From Acidobacteriota bacterium (GTDB taxonomy: Bacteria; Acidobacteriota; Terriglobia; Terriglobales; Acidobacteriaceae), in contig QIAB01000046.1 of NCBI GenBank assembly GCA_003225455.1, positions 9,946 through 73,945 of the forward strand: a DNA stretch of 64,000 nucleotides. Direction: 5' to 3'. The notes beneath the pieces were generated by a model, which was not told the origin of the DNA, searched no databases, and worked only from the letters and a program-made list of their open reading frames with translations. Positions 37,417 to 45,625 of this stretch are shown here, piece by piece. Position 1 is the stretch's first letter. Each line of letters starts with the position of its first letter. A program made the translations under genes and the position numbers.

Positions 37417-38220
37417 CTAGATCGATTTCACTGGAATCGCGAGCAAATCGTCCACCAGACCAACTTCTTTTTGCAAGAATGGCTCGGCGTAGGTTACGCC
37501 AGCTAACATCCCGTAGTAGCGTGCCATGGCTTCAACACGCGATCGAATCTCCGCCTCGGCCGGGAAAATCGCTTTGCCCGCTTCCTGATCCGCGAATTGC
37601 GATTTATACGCCATTAGTGATTGCAAGCGGGTTTCGAACTGCTCGGTGATGTCCACGACGAAGGTTGGGCGGATGTCGTAATAAAGCATCGCGTAGATAA
37701 TCTTGAATGGGCGGTGCGGCGCGAGATTAGTAGCGCCGGCATCTTGCCGGCTGTCCTGAGGGCGTCCCGCCCTCAGTGGCGCGGACGAGCCGCCAGCCGC
37801 CGGGACGGCGGCGCTAAAGTCCAGCTTGGCCAATCCTGCAAGGAAACATGCTTCATAACCAAGCACTGAAGCGGTGTAGTGATCCGGATGGCGTCCCTTC
37901 CAATAAGGCAGAATCACGACTCGCGGTCGCTGCTGGCGAATGACTCGGGCGACCTTCAGCCGATTTTCCCATGTGTTTTCGACGCGTCCATCGGGAATGT
38001 CGAGCGCCTCGCGCCAGGAAACGCACAGAATTTTTGCGCCCTCCGCGGCTTCGCGGGCGCGGTCTTCTGCAGTCCCGCGCGTTCCCATTTCACCTTGAGT
38101 TAAATCGAGAATGCCGGTGCGCCGGCCGCGCTGAGCCATTTTGAGTAGCGTGCCACCGCAAGTTTGTTCTACGTCGTCGCGGTGAGCGGCGACGGCAAGG
38201 ATGTCGAGGGGAGTAGGCAT
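37417..38220 (-). CDS. bshB1: PIG-L/LmbE family deacetylase, BshB1-like, carrying an in-frame repeat insertion
   Basis: LDILAVAAHRDDVE, GILDLTQGEMGTRG and HPDH motifs. Start moved to ATG 38220. Confidence 0.7.
   Translation of the reverse strand: MPTPLDILAVAAHRDDVEQTCGGTLLKMAQRGRRTGILDLTQGEMGTRGTAEDRAREAAEGAKILCVSWREALDIPDGRVENTWENRLKVARVIRQQRPRVVILPYWKGRHPDHYTASVLGYEACFLAGLAKLDFSAAVPAAGGSSAPLRAGRPQDSRQDAGATNLAPHRPFKIIYAMLYYDIRPTFVVDITEQFETRLQSLMAYKSQFADQEAGKAIFPAEAEIRSRVEAMARYYGMLAGVTYAEPFLQKEVGLVDDLLAIPVKSI
37733..37817. repeat. REP-like three-hairpin element inside the bshB1 coding sequence
   Basis: gccggca-tct-tgccggc; ctgagggcg-tcc-cgccctcag; gccgccg-gga-cggcggc. Near-identical to the intergenic copy at 60943-60997. 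Confidence 0.85.
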
Positions 38221-38378
38221 ATTGGTCGAAGAAGAATAGCGGCCTGCCGCCAGAAATGGCAACCTTCGGATGCGGGCCCTGCCACGTAGTGCTTTTCTAC
38301 TATTTCCTATCCAATACACGTCCTGTAAAGTCCAGCGGACTTTCGACTTTCAATGATGGTGCGATTAGGAGGGTTTTG

Positions 38379-38834
38379 GTGTCCGTCCAAACTTCAGCCT
38401 TGAACATGGATTTGCCCCTCGCGCAGAGTGGCCGGTGGCGCAGCCGCACGCTCACGATTACGCTGATGGCTGCAATCGCTATGATCTTCTGGATGGATTC
38501 GCGCTATCCCGCGCTGCTAAAGAGGTACCACGCGGGGACCCAGATCAAAGCTACGGGAGCTCTCACCTTTGGCACCGCGTATAAAGTGGATCGGTCGATG
38601 CCCTACCCGGCGCGGGTTTGGCGAACTACTATCAACTGGCTCGACGCTAATCGCGTTGGGATGACGTTTTCGTTTCTCTTTGGCCCAGCCGCGCTGGTAT
38701 TTCTTTCAACGCTTCGCACCCGGCGCACGAAATCTCGTTATTTGAATTCTCTGCTTGGAACCGCGGCGGGAGTGCCTTTGGGAGTATGCAGTAATTGCAT
38801 TGCTCCCATCGCGCGAGGATTCTATGCCTCGTGA
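38379..38834 (+). CDS. Permease (DUF318/ArsP-like), N-terminal half
   Basis: GTG 38379 with AGGAGG 6 nt upstream. Ends ..GVCSNCIAPIARGFYAS-TGA. Confidence 0.65.
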   Translation: MSVQTSALNMDLPLAQSGRWRSRTLTITLMAAIAMIFWMDSRYPALLKRYHAGTQIKATGALTFGTAYKVDRSMPYPARVWRTTINWLDANRVGMTFSFLFGPAALVFLSTLRTRRTKSRYLNSLLGTAAGVPLGVCSNCIAPIARGFYAS

Positions 38835-39470
38835 ATGAGCACGGAATCGGTGCTGGCCTCGATGTTCGCTTCGCCCGCGCTCAATGTAGTTGTACTCGCC
38901 ATGACTTTTACGCTGTTTCCGCTCCCGCTGGCGGTATTGAAGTTGGCAACTGTTCTGTTTCTGATTCTCGTATTCGCACCGGCGATATCGGCCCGGCAAA
39001 CCGAATCCAGCCCGATGCTCAATGTTGCGATTGATTTTCCAATCCGAGAAACCTGGTCGCAAACGCTGGTTACAATTGGGCGCGCTTACGCCAAGAGTTT
39101 CTGGACCGTGTTCCGGGTTGCGTTTCCGCTGATGATTCTGGCGGCGGTGCTGGGCGCGTTTGTCGTCGAGCTCATTCCGCCGCAGGCGCTGATTACGCAC
39201 GTCAGCTTTTTAGGAATTGTGGCGGTGGCGGCAATTTCAGCTTTCTTGCCCGTGCCGATGGCCTTTGATGTAGCCATTGCGTACATTGTTATGACGCATG
39301 GCGTGCCGCTTGCCTATGTCGCGACAATTCTCTGCACCCTGGGAATCATCAGCGTCTATTCGCTTTCCGTCGTGGGAAAGACAATCTCCTGGAAGATAGC
39401 GGGGGCCACTTACGCGACGGTGGTTTTTTTTGGCATCATCGCTGGCTTGGCCGCACGTAGTCCTGGATGA
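38835..39470 (+). CDS. Permease (DUF318/ArsP-like), C-terminal half
   Basis: The ATG immediately follows the upstream TGA. MSTESVLASMFASPALNVVVL.. continues the conserved block of the same family. Confidence 0.65.
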   Translation: MSTESVLASMFASPALNVVVLAMTFTLFPLPLAVLKLATVLFLILVFAPAISARQTESSPMLNVAIDFPIRETWSQTLVTIGRAYAKSFWTVFRVAFPLMILAAVLGAFVVELIPPQALITHVSFLGIVAVAAISAFLPVPMAFDVAIAYIVMTHGVPLAYVATILCTLGIISVYSLSVVGKTISWKIAGATYATVVFFGIIAGLAARSPG

Positions 39471-39477
39471 TGGCGTC

Positions 39478-39807
39478 TTAGTCCAAGCTTCCCTGCTCCA
39501 GCACCACGTTCTCCCTCGCGATCAGGCGGTGTGCAGCCATCTCTTTTAAAGTAGGCATGACGCGGGCGACGTGCTCGTCTGTATCCACAAAGATGATGAC
39601 GACTGGCAGGTTGCCGCCGGCGTCGACAAGGTGGGTGGTCGCGACGCGCTGGCGGCCTAAGAATCCGGCGACAGCATGCAAGGCGGTAGCGGCGTAGACA
39701 TTCTCGCGGCGCAGGTAGTTCAGAATTTCGACATGCAGCGGCCGACTGTGCCATTTGTCGGCTTCATTGAGGTAAATCGTGACCTGGACGGCCATTTCGT
39801 TTGGCAT
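39478..39807 (-). CDS. DUF190 domain protein (crcB-associated)
   Basis: 109 aa from ATG 39807, one nt after the crcB stop. MPNEMAVQVTIYLNEADKW.. is the typical DUF190 start. Confidence 0.75.
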   Translation of the reverse strand: MPNEMAVQVTIYLNEADKWHSRPLHVEILNYLRRENVYAATALHAVAGFLGRQRVATTHLVDAGGNLPVVIIFVDTDEHVARVMPTLKEMAAHRLIARENVVLEQGSLD

Positions 39808-39808
39808 T

Positions 39809-40183
39809 TTACAGCACCCGCGCCAGCGCGATTCCTGCGAGCGCCGCGCCCAGACACAGCAGATTGTTGCTGACAAGGTTGGCGACGAGCAGCGCCCACT
39901 GGCCCTGCTCGAAATAGACCATCGTCTCGAAGGCGTAGCTGGAGAAAGTCGTAAACGCGCCACAGAATCCGACCACGATCAGCAGTCGCCATCTCGGATC
40001 GGCGAGGACGCGTTCCGTGGTCCAGGTGATGAAAAATCCTACGATTAGGCTGCCGGCGATGTTGATGATGAGGGTGCCATAAGGAAATACCGGGCCGAGA
40101 AATTTTGCCGCGTAGCGGCTGACGATCCAGCGAAGGTTGGCGCCGGCAACCGCGCCGATGGAGACGACCACAAAGTCGAGCAC
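39809..40183 (-). CDS. crcB: Fluoride ion channel CrcB/Fluc
   Basis: 124 aa, 4 TM, GTLIINIAGSLIVGF and GFCGAFTTFSS motifs, GTG start. Confidence 0.92.
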   Translation of the reverse strand: MLDFVVVSIGAVAGANLRWIVSRYAAKFLGPVFPYGTLIINIAGSLIVGFFITWTTERVLADPRWRLLIVVGFCGAFTTFSSYAFETMVYFEQGQWALLVANLVSNNLLCLGAALAGIALARVL

Positions 40184-40260
40184 GATGGAGTTCTCCTGTT
40201 CGAGTAGGAGTTATCAGCCAGGGCATTTGCCAGGCGGTTGCGGCGAACTCCATCGCCGTC
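40184..40260 (-). promoter_or_regulatory. Fluoride riboswitch (crcB motif) with expression platform
   Basis: The minus-strand RNA is GGCGAUGGAGUUCGCCGCAACCGCCUGGCAAAUGCCCUGGCUGAUAACUCCUAC, then ..AGGAGAACUCCAUC-GUG. This matches the conserved GGCGAUGGnGUUCGCC ... CUGAUnnnUCCUAC core as I remember it. Confidence 0.85.
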
Positions 40261-40305
40261 TTATTTTTTAACACAGAAAGCACGGAGGAGCACAGAGAAT
40301 CTGCG

Positions 40306-41187
40306 CTATTGCTTGCGCTCGACAAGAAAGCGTGCCAGCATTCTCAGCTTTTCACCACGTGATCCGAAAGTATCGAGCGAGGATAGCGCGGTCTGCACGA
40401 GCGTGTCTGCTTTTCTGAGTGATTCATCAACGCCGAATAGCGCTGGATAGGTTGCTTTCTGGGCGGCTGTGTCTTTTCCTGCGGTTTTACCCAACTGCTC
40501 GGATGTCTGGGTCACATCTAAGACGTCATCGACAATTTGAAACGCTAAGCCGATTGACTGACCAAATGATCTCAGTTTAGCGACCGCGGCTTCATCGGCC
40601 CCTGCATACAATCCTCCGCTCACAACGCTCGCAGTGATGAGCGCAGCGGTCTTGGCGCGGTGGATGTACTCGAGCATTTTGAGGTCGGGCTTGGTGTGCT
40701 CGGCCTCAAGGTCTACGACCTGGCCACCGATCATCCCGTTGACGGTGCTCGTTCCGCAAGCGACTTCTTCAATGATGCGCACCCGCGCTTCAGACGGACA
40801 ATCCAGCCGCGAGAGAACTTCGTATGCCTGAGTCTGTAAGGCGTCTCCGGCCAAGATCGCGATGGCTTCTCCGAAAACTTTGTGGCAAGTGGGACGTCCG
40901 CGACGCAAGTCGTCGTTGTCGAGCGCGGGGAGATCGTCATGGATCAGCGAATACGTGTGCAGCATCTCCAAGGCGGCGCCGAGTTCTTCAATTCCGGCCG
41001 GAATCGAACCGGTAATCATGCGGCCAGCCTCGATGCACAGAGTCGGGCGCAACCGCTTGCCGCCGGCGAATACGCTGTGGCGCATCGCTTTATGAATGGA
41101 AACGGGATGCTGTGTTTCGGGCGGCAGCAGGCGATCTAACGCGGAATCCGTCAGGGCTTGCCCCTGCTCCATAATCTCTTTGAGCAT
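40306..41187 (-). CDS. Polyprenyl (farnesyl/geranylgeranyl) diphosphate synthase
   Basis: GGKRLRP, first DDxxD in LIHDDLPALDNDDLRRG, second FQIVDDVLD. Start ATG 41187 is preferred over TTG 41220 by N-terminal length. Confidence 0.88.
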   Translation of the reverse strand: MLKEIMEQGQALTDSALDRLLPPETQHPVSIHKAMRHSVFAGGKRLRPTLCIEAGRMITGSIPAGIEELGAALEMLHTYSLIHDDLPALDNDDLRRGRPTCHKVFGEAIAILAGDALQTQAYEVLSRLDCPSEARVRIIEEVACGTSTVNGMIGGQVVDLEAEHTKPDLKMLEYIHRAKTAALITASVVSGGLYAGADEAAVAKLRSFGQSIGLAFQIVDDVLDVTQTSEQLGKTAGKDTAAQKATYPALFGVDESLRKADTLVQTALSSLDTFGSRGEKLRMLARFLVERKQ

Positions 41188-41267
41188 GAGGGTTGAGTAT
41201 AGCAAGTGAGGAAATGGCAAATCCGACGAGCAGATCGGGCCGCCGAAGCCGAAACTCGAGAGTTCTT

Positions 41268-41306
41268 AATTAGAAAATAAAAAAGGACGCCGCGAGGGGC
41301 GTCCTT
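41268..41306 (-). terminator. Rho-independent terminator after the receiver-domain gene
   Basis: Minus strand: aaggacgcc-cctcgc-ggcgtcctt (9-bp stem) followed by ttttattttct. Confidence 0.8.
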
Positions 41307-41326
41307 CACGTTGTAATAACAAGTCG

Positions 41327-41698
41327 TCAGGCTGCTGCAGAATGAATCATGCCCGCGCTGCGCACGGCTGCGGTGAGAATGCCGCGTGTATCGTTGGACG
41401 GACAAATGTCGGCCGCGCCAGCGTTCAGCGCTTCAGTCCACATGTCTTCGTCCGCGAGCCGATGCGTGCACACAATCGACACGCCGGGAAATTCACTGGA
41501 GAGGCTGTGTACATCGGGGATAGAGGCGCTCTCCATATCGATAATCGCTACATCGGACCGGTGTTTGGCGACGCTTGAACGCAACTCGTCCAGCGACGAT
41601 GCCATGTGCACCGAACGGAACGAATTGCACAGAGAAGCGATCAAGGACCGCGCCAGGACTGGATCACTCTGGAGGAGGACAACATTTGAGAGCTGCAT
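41327..41698 (-). CDS. Stand-alone CheY-like receiver domain protein (atypical)
   Basis: 123 aa with VVLLQSDP and VAIIDME (acceptor Asp). The conserved Lys position reads ADICP. Confidence 0.6.
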   Translation of the reverse strand: MQLSNVVLLQSDPVLARSLIASLCNSFRSVHMASSLDELRSSVAKHRSDVAIIDMESASIPDVHSLSSEFPGVSIVCTHRLADEDMWTEALNAGAADICPSNDTRGILTAAVRSAGMIHSAAA

Positions 41699-41811
41699 AT
41701 TTCCCTCTGAAATTTCACCGTCGTCTGCGGTGTACCGGGCTGCATCCGCTTCAGGGGGGTGATAACGGTGCAGACGTTAAAAATTACGAGTGACGACGTA
41801 AGGCGCGAGCA

Positions 41812-42051
41812 CTACCCGCGTGTTGGCGTCTTTTCAGTCAGGGACTCGAACGGCTCGACCTGGAGTTTCCCATTCTGTTTCAGCAGAATTTCTACCTTGC
41901 CTTCGGCTTCCTCCAGCTCCTTACGGCACGACGAGGAAAGCTGCATACCTTCCTCGAAGAGCGTCAGAGACTTTTCCAGAGGCACTTCGCCCTTTTCCAG
42001 TTCCTGAACAATTTTCTCCAGGCGCTGGAGGCAATCTTCAAATTTGGGCAA
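41812..42051 (-). CDS. xseB: Exodeoxyribonuclease VII small subunit
   Basis: 79 aa, FEDCLQRLEKIVQELEKGEVPLEKSLTLFEEGMQL. TTG start with AGGAG 7 nt upstream. Confidence 0.9.
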   Translation of the reverse strand: MPKFEDCLQRLEKIVQELEKGEVPLEKSLTLFEEGMQLSSSCRKELEEAEGKVEILLKQNGKLQVEPFESLTEKTPTRG

Positions 42052-42248
42052 GGAGAAGCTCCTACGCTATTGTATCCCAGATTTGCCCTCCGAATATCGG
42101 GTAAAAACTGTATGCGACATTGACCACAAAAGAGGACGTAACCAGGTTCTTACGCTCGCGCAGGCTCACGCGCATTCCACCAGAATCCCTTTTAACGCTA
42201 AGGAACCGCAAAGTACGCTAAGAAGACCTCGCGAAGGGCGCCCGAGAA

Positions 42249-44111
42249 CTACACCGACGCCGCTGGCCGGGCGGTTCCCAGGGCTTCAAGAACGTCGACC
42301 GCCGAAGCGTATCGCCCCAATGGCGCGCTGATCTGTGCTCCCTGTACCATGTCTCGCACAGATGCCAGCATTTCTCGCGCGATCGCGATTCCCTCTTCGC
42401 GAGCCGCCTCGAGATTCCTGGCTTTGGCCATGCGCTCGAGGATGGAATCTGGCACCGAGACCCGCAACTCGTTCTTCATGAACTCGGCATTGCGCACGCT
42501 CACTAGAGGCCAGATGCCGGCCACCACCGGGATGCGGCAATGCTCAATTCGGCGAAGGAAATTTTCCAGCAGCGACAGATCGAATACCGGTTGGGTAACC
42601 GCGTACTCGCCGCCGGCTTCGACCTTGTATTCAAACCGCCGGATTTCCTCATCGAGATTCGGCACGCCGGGGTTCGCTCCCACGCCAATCACAAACGCTG
42701 TCCCTGCGCCGATGGGGTTTCCGCCAATGTCGAGACCGCGGTTCAGGTTGTGGACAATGTTGACTAATCCAATCGCGTCCACATCGAAAACCGCTGTTGC
42801 GTCTGGATAGTTGCCCATTTTCGGCGGGTCCCCGGTAATACAGATCAGGTTGCGTATACCCGTTGCCGCTGCTCCCAGCAGATCGGATTGGATGCACAAC
42901 ACATTGCGATCACGGCAGGTGTAATGCAGGATGGCCTCGATCCCGGCTTCCTGCTGGACCAGCACCGAAAGAGCCTGATTGCTCATACGGGCGGAAGCTC
43001 GCGGACTGTCAGGGATGTTGATCCCATCTACTCCCACGGACTTCAAAAAACGGGCACCCTCGAGTTCCTTGTGAATGTCGGTGCCTTTGGGGGGAACAAT
43101 CTCCACCATCGTGACGAAGTCGCCTTTGGCCAACTTCTGTCCCAGCCGGGAACGCTGTTCAATGGGAACGGCAGAAATGGCCGCCGGTTCCACACTGCTC
43201 TTGACCTGGGTAACGGCTGTTTTGGACCGGGCTTCACCGGCCCGGAGCGCAGATTTCATCACCCGAATGTGATCGGGGGTAGTTCCGCAGCATCCACCTA
43301 CGAGCCGAACGCCTGCAGCCACAAATTTCCGGGCGTAGCTGGCCATATATTCCGGCGAGCACAAGTAGATGTTTCTGCCCTCCACGGAGCGCGGGACACC
43401 GGCATTCGGTTGCGCCGCCAGAGGTAGCGACGTTACAGCCCGGACGCGCTCAATCGCATCCAGCATCGCCACTGGACCCACGCTGCAATTGCAGCCAATC
43501 ACGTCTGCGCCCCATTCGGTGAGACGAGGGCCGAACGTCTCCGGCGTCGAACCATCGAGGCAATTGCCATCTTCGTCGATTGTGACCTGCGCGACGACGG
43601 GTAGGTTCGCCCTCACGTCGCGCGCCGCTAACAGTGCCTGGTGCAATTCTTCGATATAGCCGAAGGTCTCTAGAATGATGAGATCGACCCCGCCCTCAGC
43701 CAGCGCGGCGATCTGTTGGCGGAAAGCGGCGCGGGCCTCATCGAAAGAGGTCTTGCCGAGCGGTTCGATACGGATTCCTAACGGGCCTACAGAGCCTCCG
43801 ACCCAGACGTCAAAGCTCTTGGCGGCTTCGTGAGCGATGCGTGCCCCGGCGAGATTGATGTCGTGCACGCGGTCGGCCATGCTGTGCCGTGCGAGACGGA
43901 AGGAATTCCCACCGAAAGTGTTGGTTTCAATGATCTCCGCACCAGCCTGCAAATATTCACGATGTACGCCGCGGATAAAGTCCGGCTGCGACAGGTTCAA
44001 CTCGTCATAGCAGCGATTGATAAAGATCCCTTTTGCGTAAAGCAGGGTTCCCATCGCCCCGTCGCACAGAACAGGCGCCTTTTTTATTCGGTCTATGAAA
44101 TCACCGGCCAT
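42249..44111 (-). CDS. Bifunctional homocysteine S-methyltransferase domain / 5,10-methylenetetrahydrofolate reductase
   Basis: 620 aa. The N-terminal Hcy-binding domain has GAEIIETNTFG and GGCCGTTPDH. The C-terminal ~290 aa are MTHFR-like. Confidence 0.85.
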   Translation of the reverse strand: MAGDFIDRIKKAPVLCDGAMGTLLYAKGIFINRCYDELNLSQPDFIRGVHREYLQAGAEIIETNTFGGNSFRLARHSMADRVHDINLAGARIAHEAAKSFDVWVGGSVGPLGIRIEPLGKTSFDEARAAFRQQIAALAEGGVDLIILETFGYIEELHQALLAARDVRANLPVVAQVTIDEDGNCLDGSTPETFGPRLTEWGADVIGCNCSVGPVAMLDAIERVRAVTSLPLAAQPNAGVPRSVEGRNIYLCSPEYMASYARKFVAAGVRLVGGCCGTTPDHIRVMKSALRAGEARSKTAVTQVKSSVEPAAISAVPIEQRSRLGQKLAKGDFVTMVEIVPPKGTDIHKELEGARFLKSVGVDGINIPDSPRASARMSNQALSVLVQQEAGIEAILHYTCRDRNVLCIQSDLLGAAATGIRNLICITGDPPKMGNYPDATAVFDVDAIGLVNIVHNLNRGLDIGGNPIGAGTAFVIGVGANPGVPNLDEEIRRFEYKVEAGGEYAVTQPVFDLSLLENFLRRIEHCRIPVVAGIWPLVSVRNAEFMKNELRVSVPDSILERMAKARNLEAAREEGIAIAREMLASVRDMVQGAQISAPLGRYASAVDVLEALGTARPAASV

Positions 44112-44339
44112 TTACATTGAGAATACAGGATGAAGGATGGTTTTGCATAAATGAAGCTGTTCGCGGAGGTTGAGTTACGCACAGTATCCTCGCCCATGCC
44201 CCTTGTGTCCGGTGCTGCCAGGCGCCACGAGCGGCGCGCCGGACTTGCAATCGCACACTGCCATGGTGTCGCTGAGTCTAATGACGGCAATTTCTGCTCT
44301 GTTATAATCCACCTCTTTGCATCTAACTCTCCATCCCTC

Positions 44340-45608
44340 ATGCTTTTCAGAGTCCCCAGCTTGAGAAGAATTAGCCTTGGTGTCCTGATCGTAGCGAACG
44401 CCTTTCTGGTTTCCTGCGGAAGCTCCACCAACCCCAGCTCAAGCACACCGAACACCACGAGACTGAAGCTGCGCGCCTTTGTCACCAATCCTTTGGCATC
44501 GACGAGTTTCGGCACAGCGCCAGTCATCGATGTCATTGATGCTCTCAAAGATGAGCTCTCTGGGGCGGTCTCGCTGTCCACTGCTCAGCCCGGAATGATG
44601 GCGGTGTTTCCAAATAAGCGCTTCACGCTGGTCTATGGCGGAGGCGGCAACTCCATTAGCATCATCGACAATGCCCAGGAGGCAGTCGTGGGATCAACTC
44701 TTACGTTGCCTGGGCCAACTGAAAGCATGGTGGTGTCGGCAGACAACGTCACCGGCTATGTGGCGGTTCCGACTGCGACCGTGGCAGGACAAGACCCGGG
44801 TGTCGTCGAAGTGTTGAACCTAACGAATAACGCGATCACGGCCACGATTCCCGTTCCGGGCGCGCGTTTCCTGGCGGTGAGCCATAACGGCAACCGCGTC
44901 CTGGTATTCGGCAGCCAGCCGGACCGGATAACTATCATTACTCCGAGCCTTATTGGAACCAGCACAGACCCTCGCACGGTGCTGAATCCGAGTGGGTGCT
45001 CGTCGTCTACTTGCCCTTTTGACCATCCAGTATGGGGTCTCTTTTCCAGCGACGACAACACCGCCTACATTCTGAATTGCGGGCCAGAGTGCGGAGGAAC
45101 GACCGCAAGCGTCGCCGCGCTGGAAGTGAACACAAATCTGCCTGGATCGCCGCTTCTGGTTAACGCCGCCACCATCGGGATGTTGTCGGGCAGCACTTTG
45201 TACGTCGCCGGATCGCCTCCATCGTGTCCGGCAGGCGCGACTGCGCCAGCCTGCGGCACGCTAAGCGTCATCGACACCGCTTCCATGGCGGTGACGAACC
45301 CGAATCCAATCTTTATCACTGACGGTTACCACAATCGCATGGAGATGGGGGCCGATGGACAGCTTTTCATCGGTGCACGGGCGTGCAGCAACGGCTGTCT
45401 CTCCATTTTCGATACTAACCCCAACGGCAAAGTTACTCTTCCGTCTGACACCGGCGACGTAACCGGGATTCAGCCTATCACCACGCGCCATGTTGTCTAC
45501 GTATGTGAGGACGGCGAGCTGCGCATTTACGAGACAACCACCGATAAGCTGCAAGCCAACCAGATCGACATTATCGGCCAGGCTGTGGATGTGAAGTTGG
45601 TGGATTAG
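44340..45608 (+). CDS. Lipoprotein with beta-propeller (YVTN/NHL-like) repeats
   Basis: ATG 44340 gives MLFRVPSLRRISLGVLIVANAFLVSCG (lipobox). Repetitive strand pattern. Confidence 0.6.
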   Translation: MLFRVPSLRRISLGVLIVANAFLVSCGSSTNPSSSTPNTTRLKLRAFVTNPLASTSFGTAPVIDVIDALKDELSGAVSLSTAQPGMMAVFPNKRFTLVYGGGGNSISIIDNAQEAVVGSTLTLPGPTESMVVSADNVTGYVAVPTATVAGQDPGVVEVLNLTNNAITATIPVPGARFLAVSHNGNRVLVFGSQPDRITIITPSLIGTSTDPRTVLNPSGCSSSTCPFDHPVWGLFSSDDNTAYILNCGPECGGTTASVAALEVNTNLPGSPLLVNAATIGMLSGSTLYVAGSPPSCPAGATAPACGTLSVIDTASMAVTNPNPIFITDGYHNRMEMGADGQLFIGARACSNGCLSIFDTNPNGKVTLPSDTGDVTGIQPITTRHVVYVCEDGELRIYETTTDKLQANQIDIIGQAVDVKLVD

Positions 45609-45625
45609 TGGTGGACTCGGAAATT

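Noticed and set aside
38832-38834. The in-frame TGA in the permease read as selenocysteine or as a sign of an alternative genetic code.
   Set aside because: Many clearly complete genes in the window terminate with TGA. The position is not a redox Cys site. Only a weak 5-bp hairpin follows, which is not SECIS-like.
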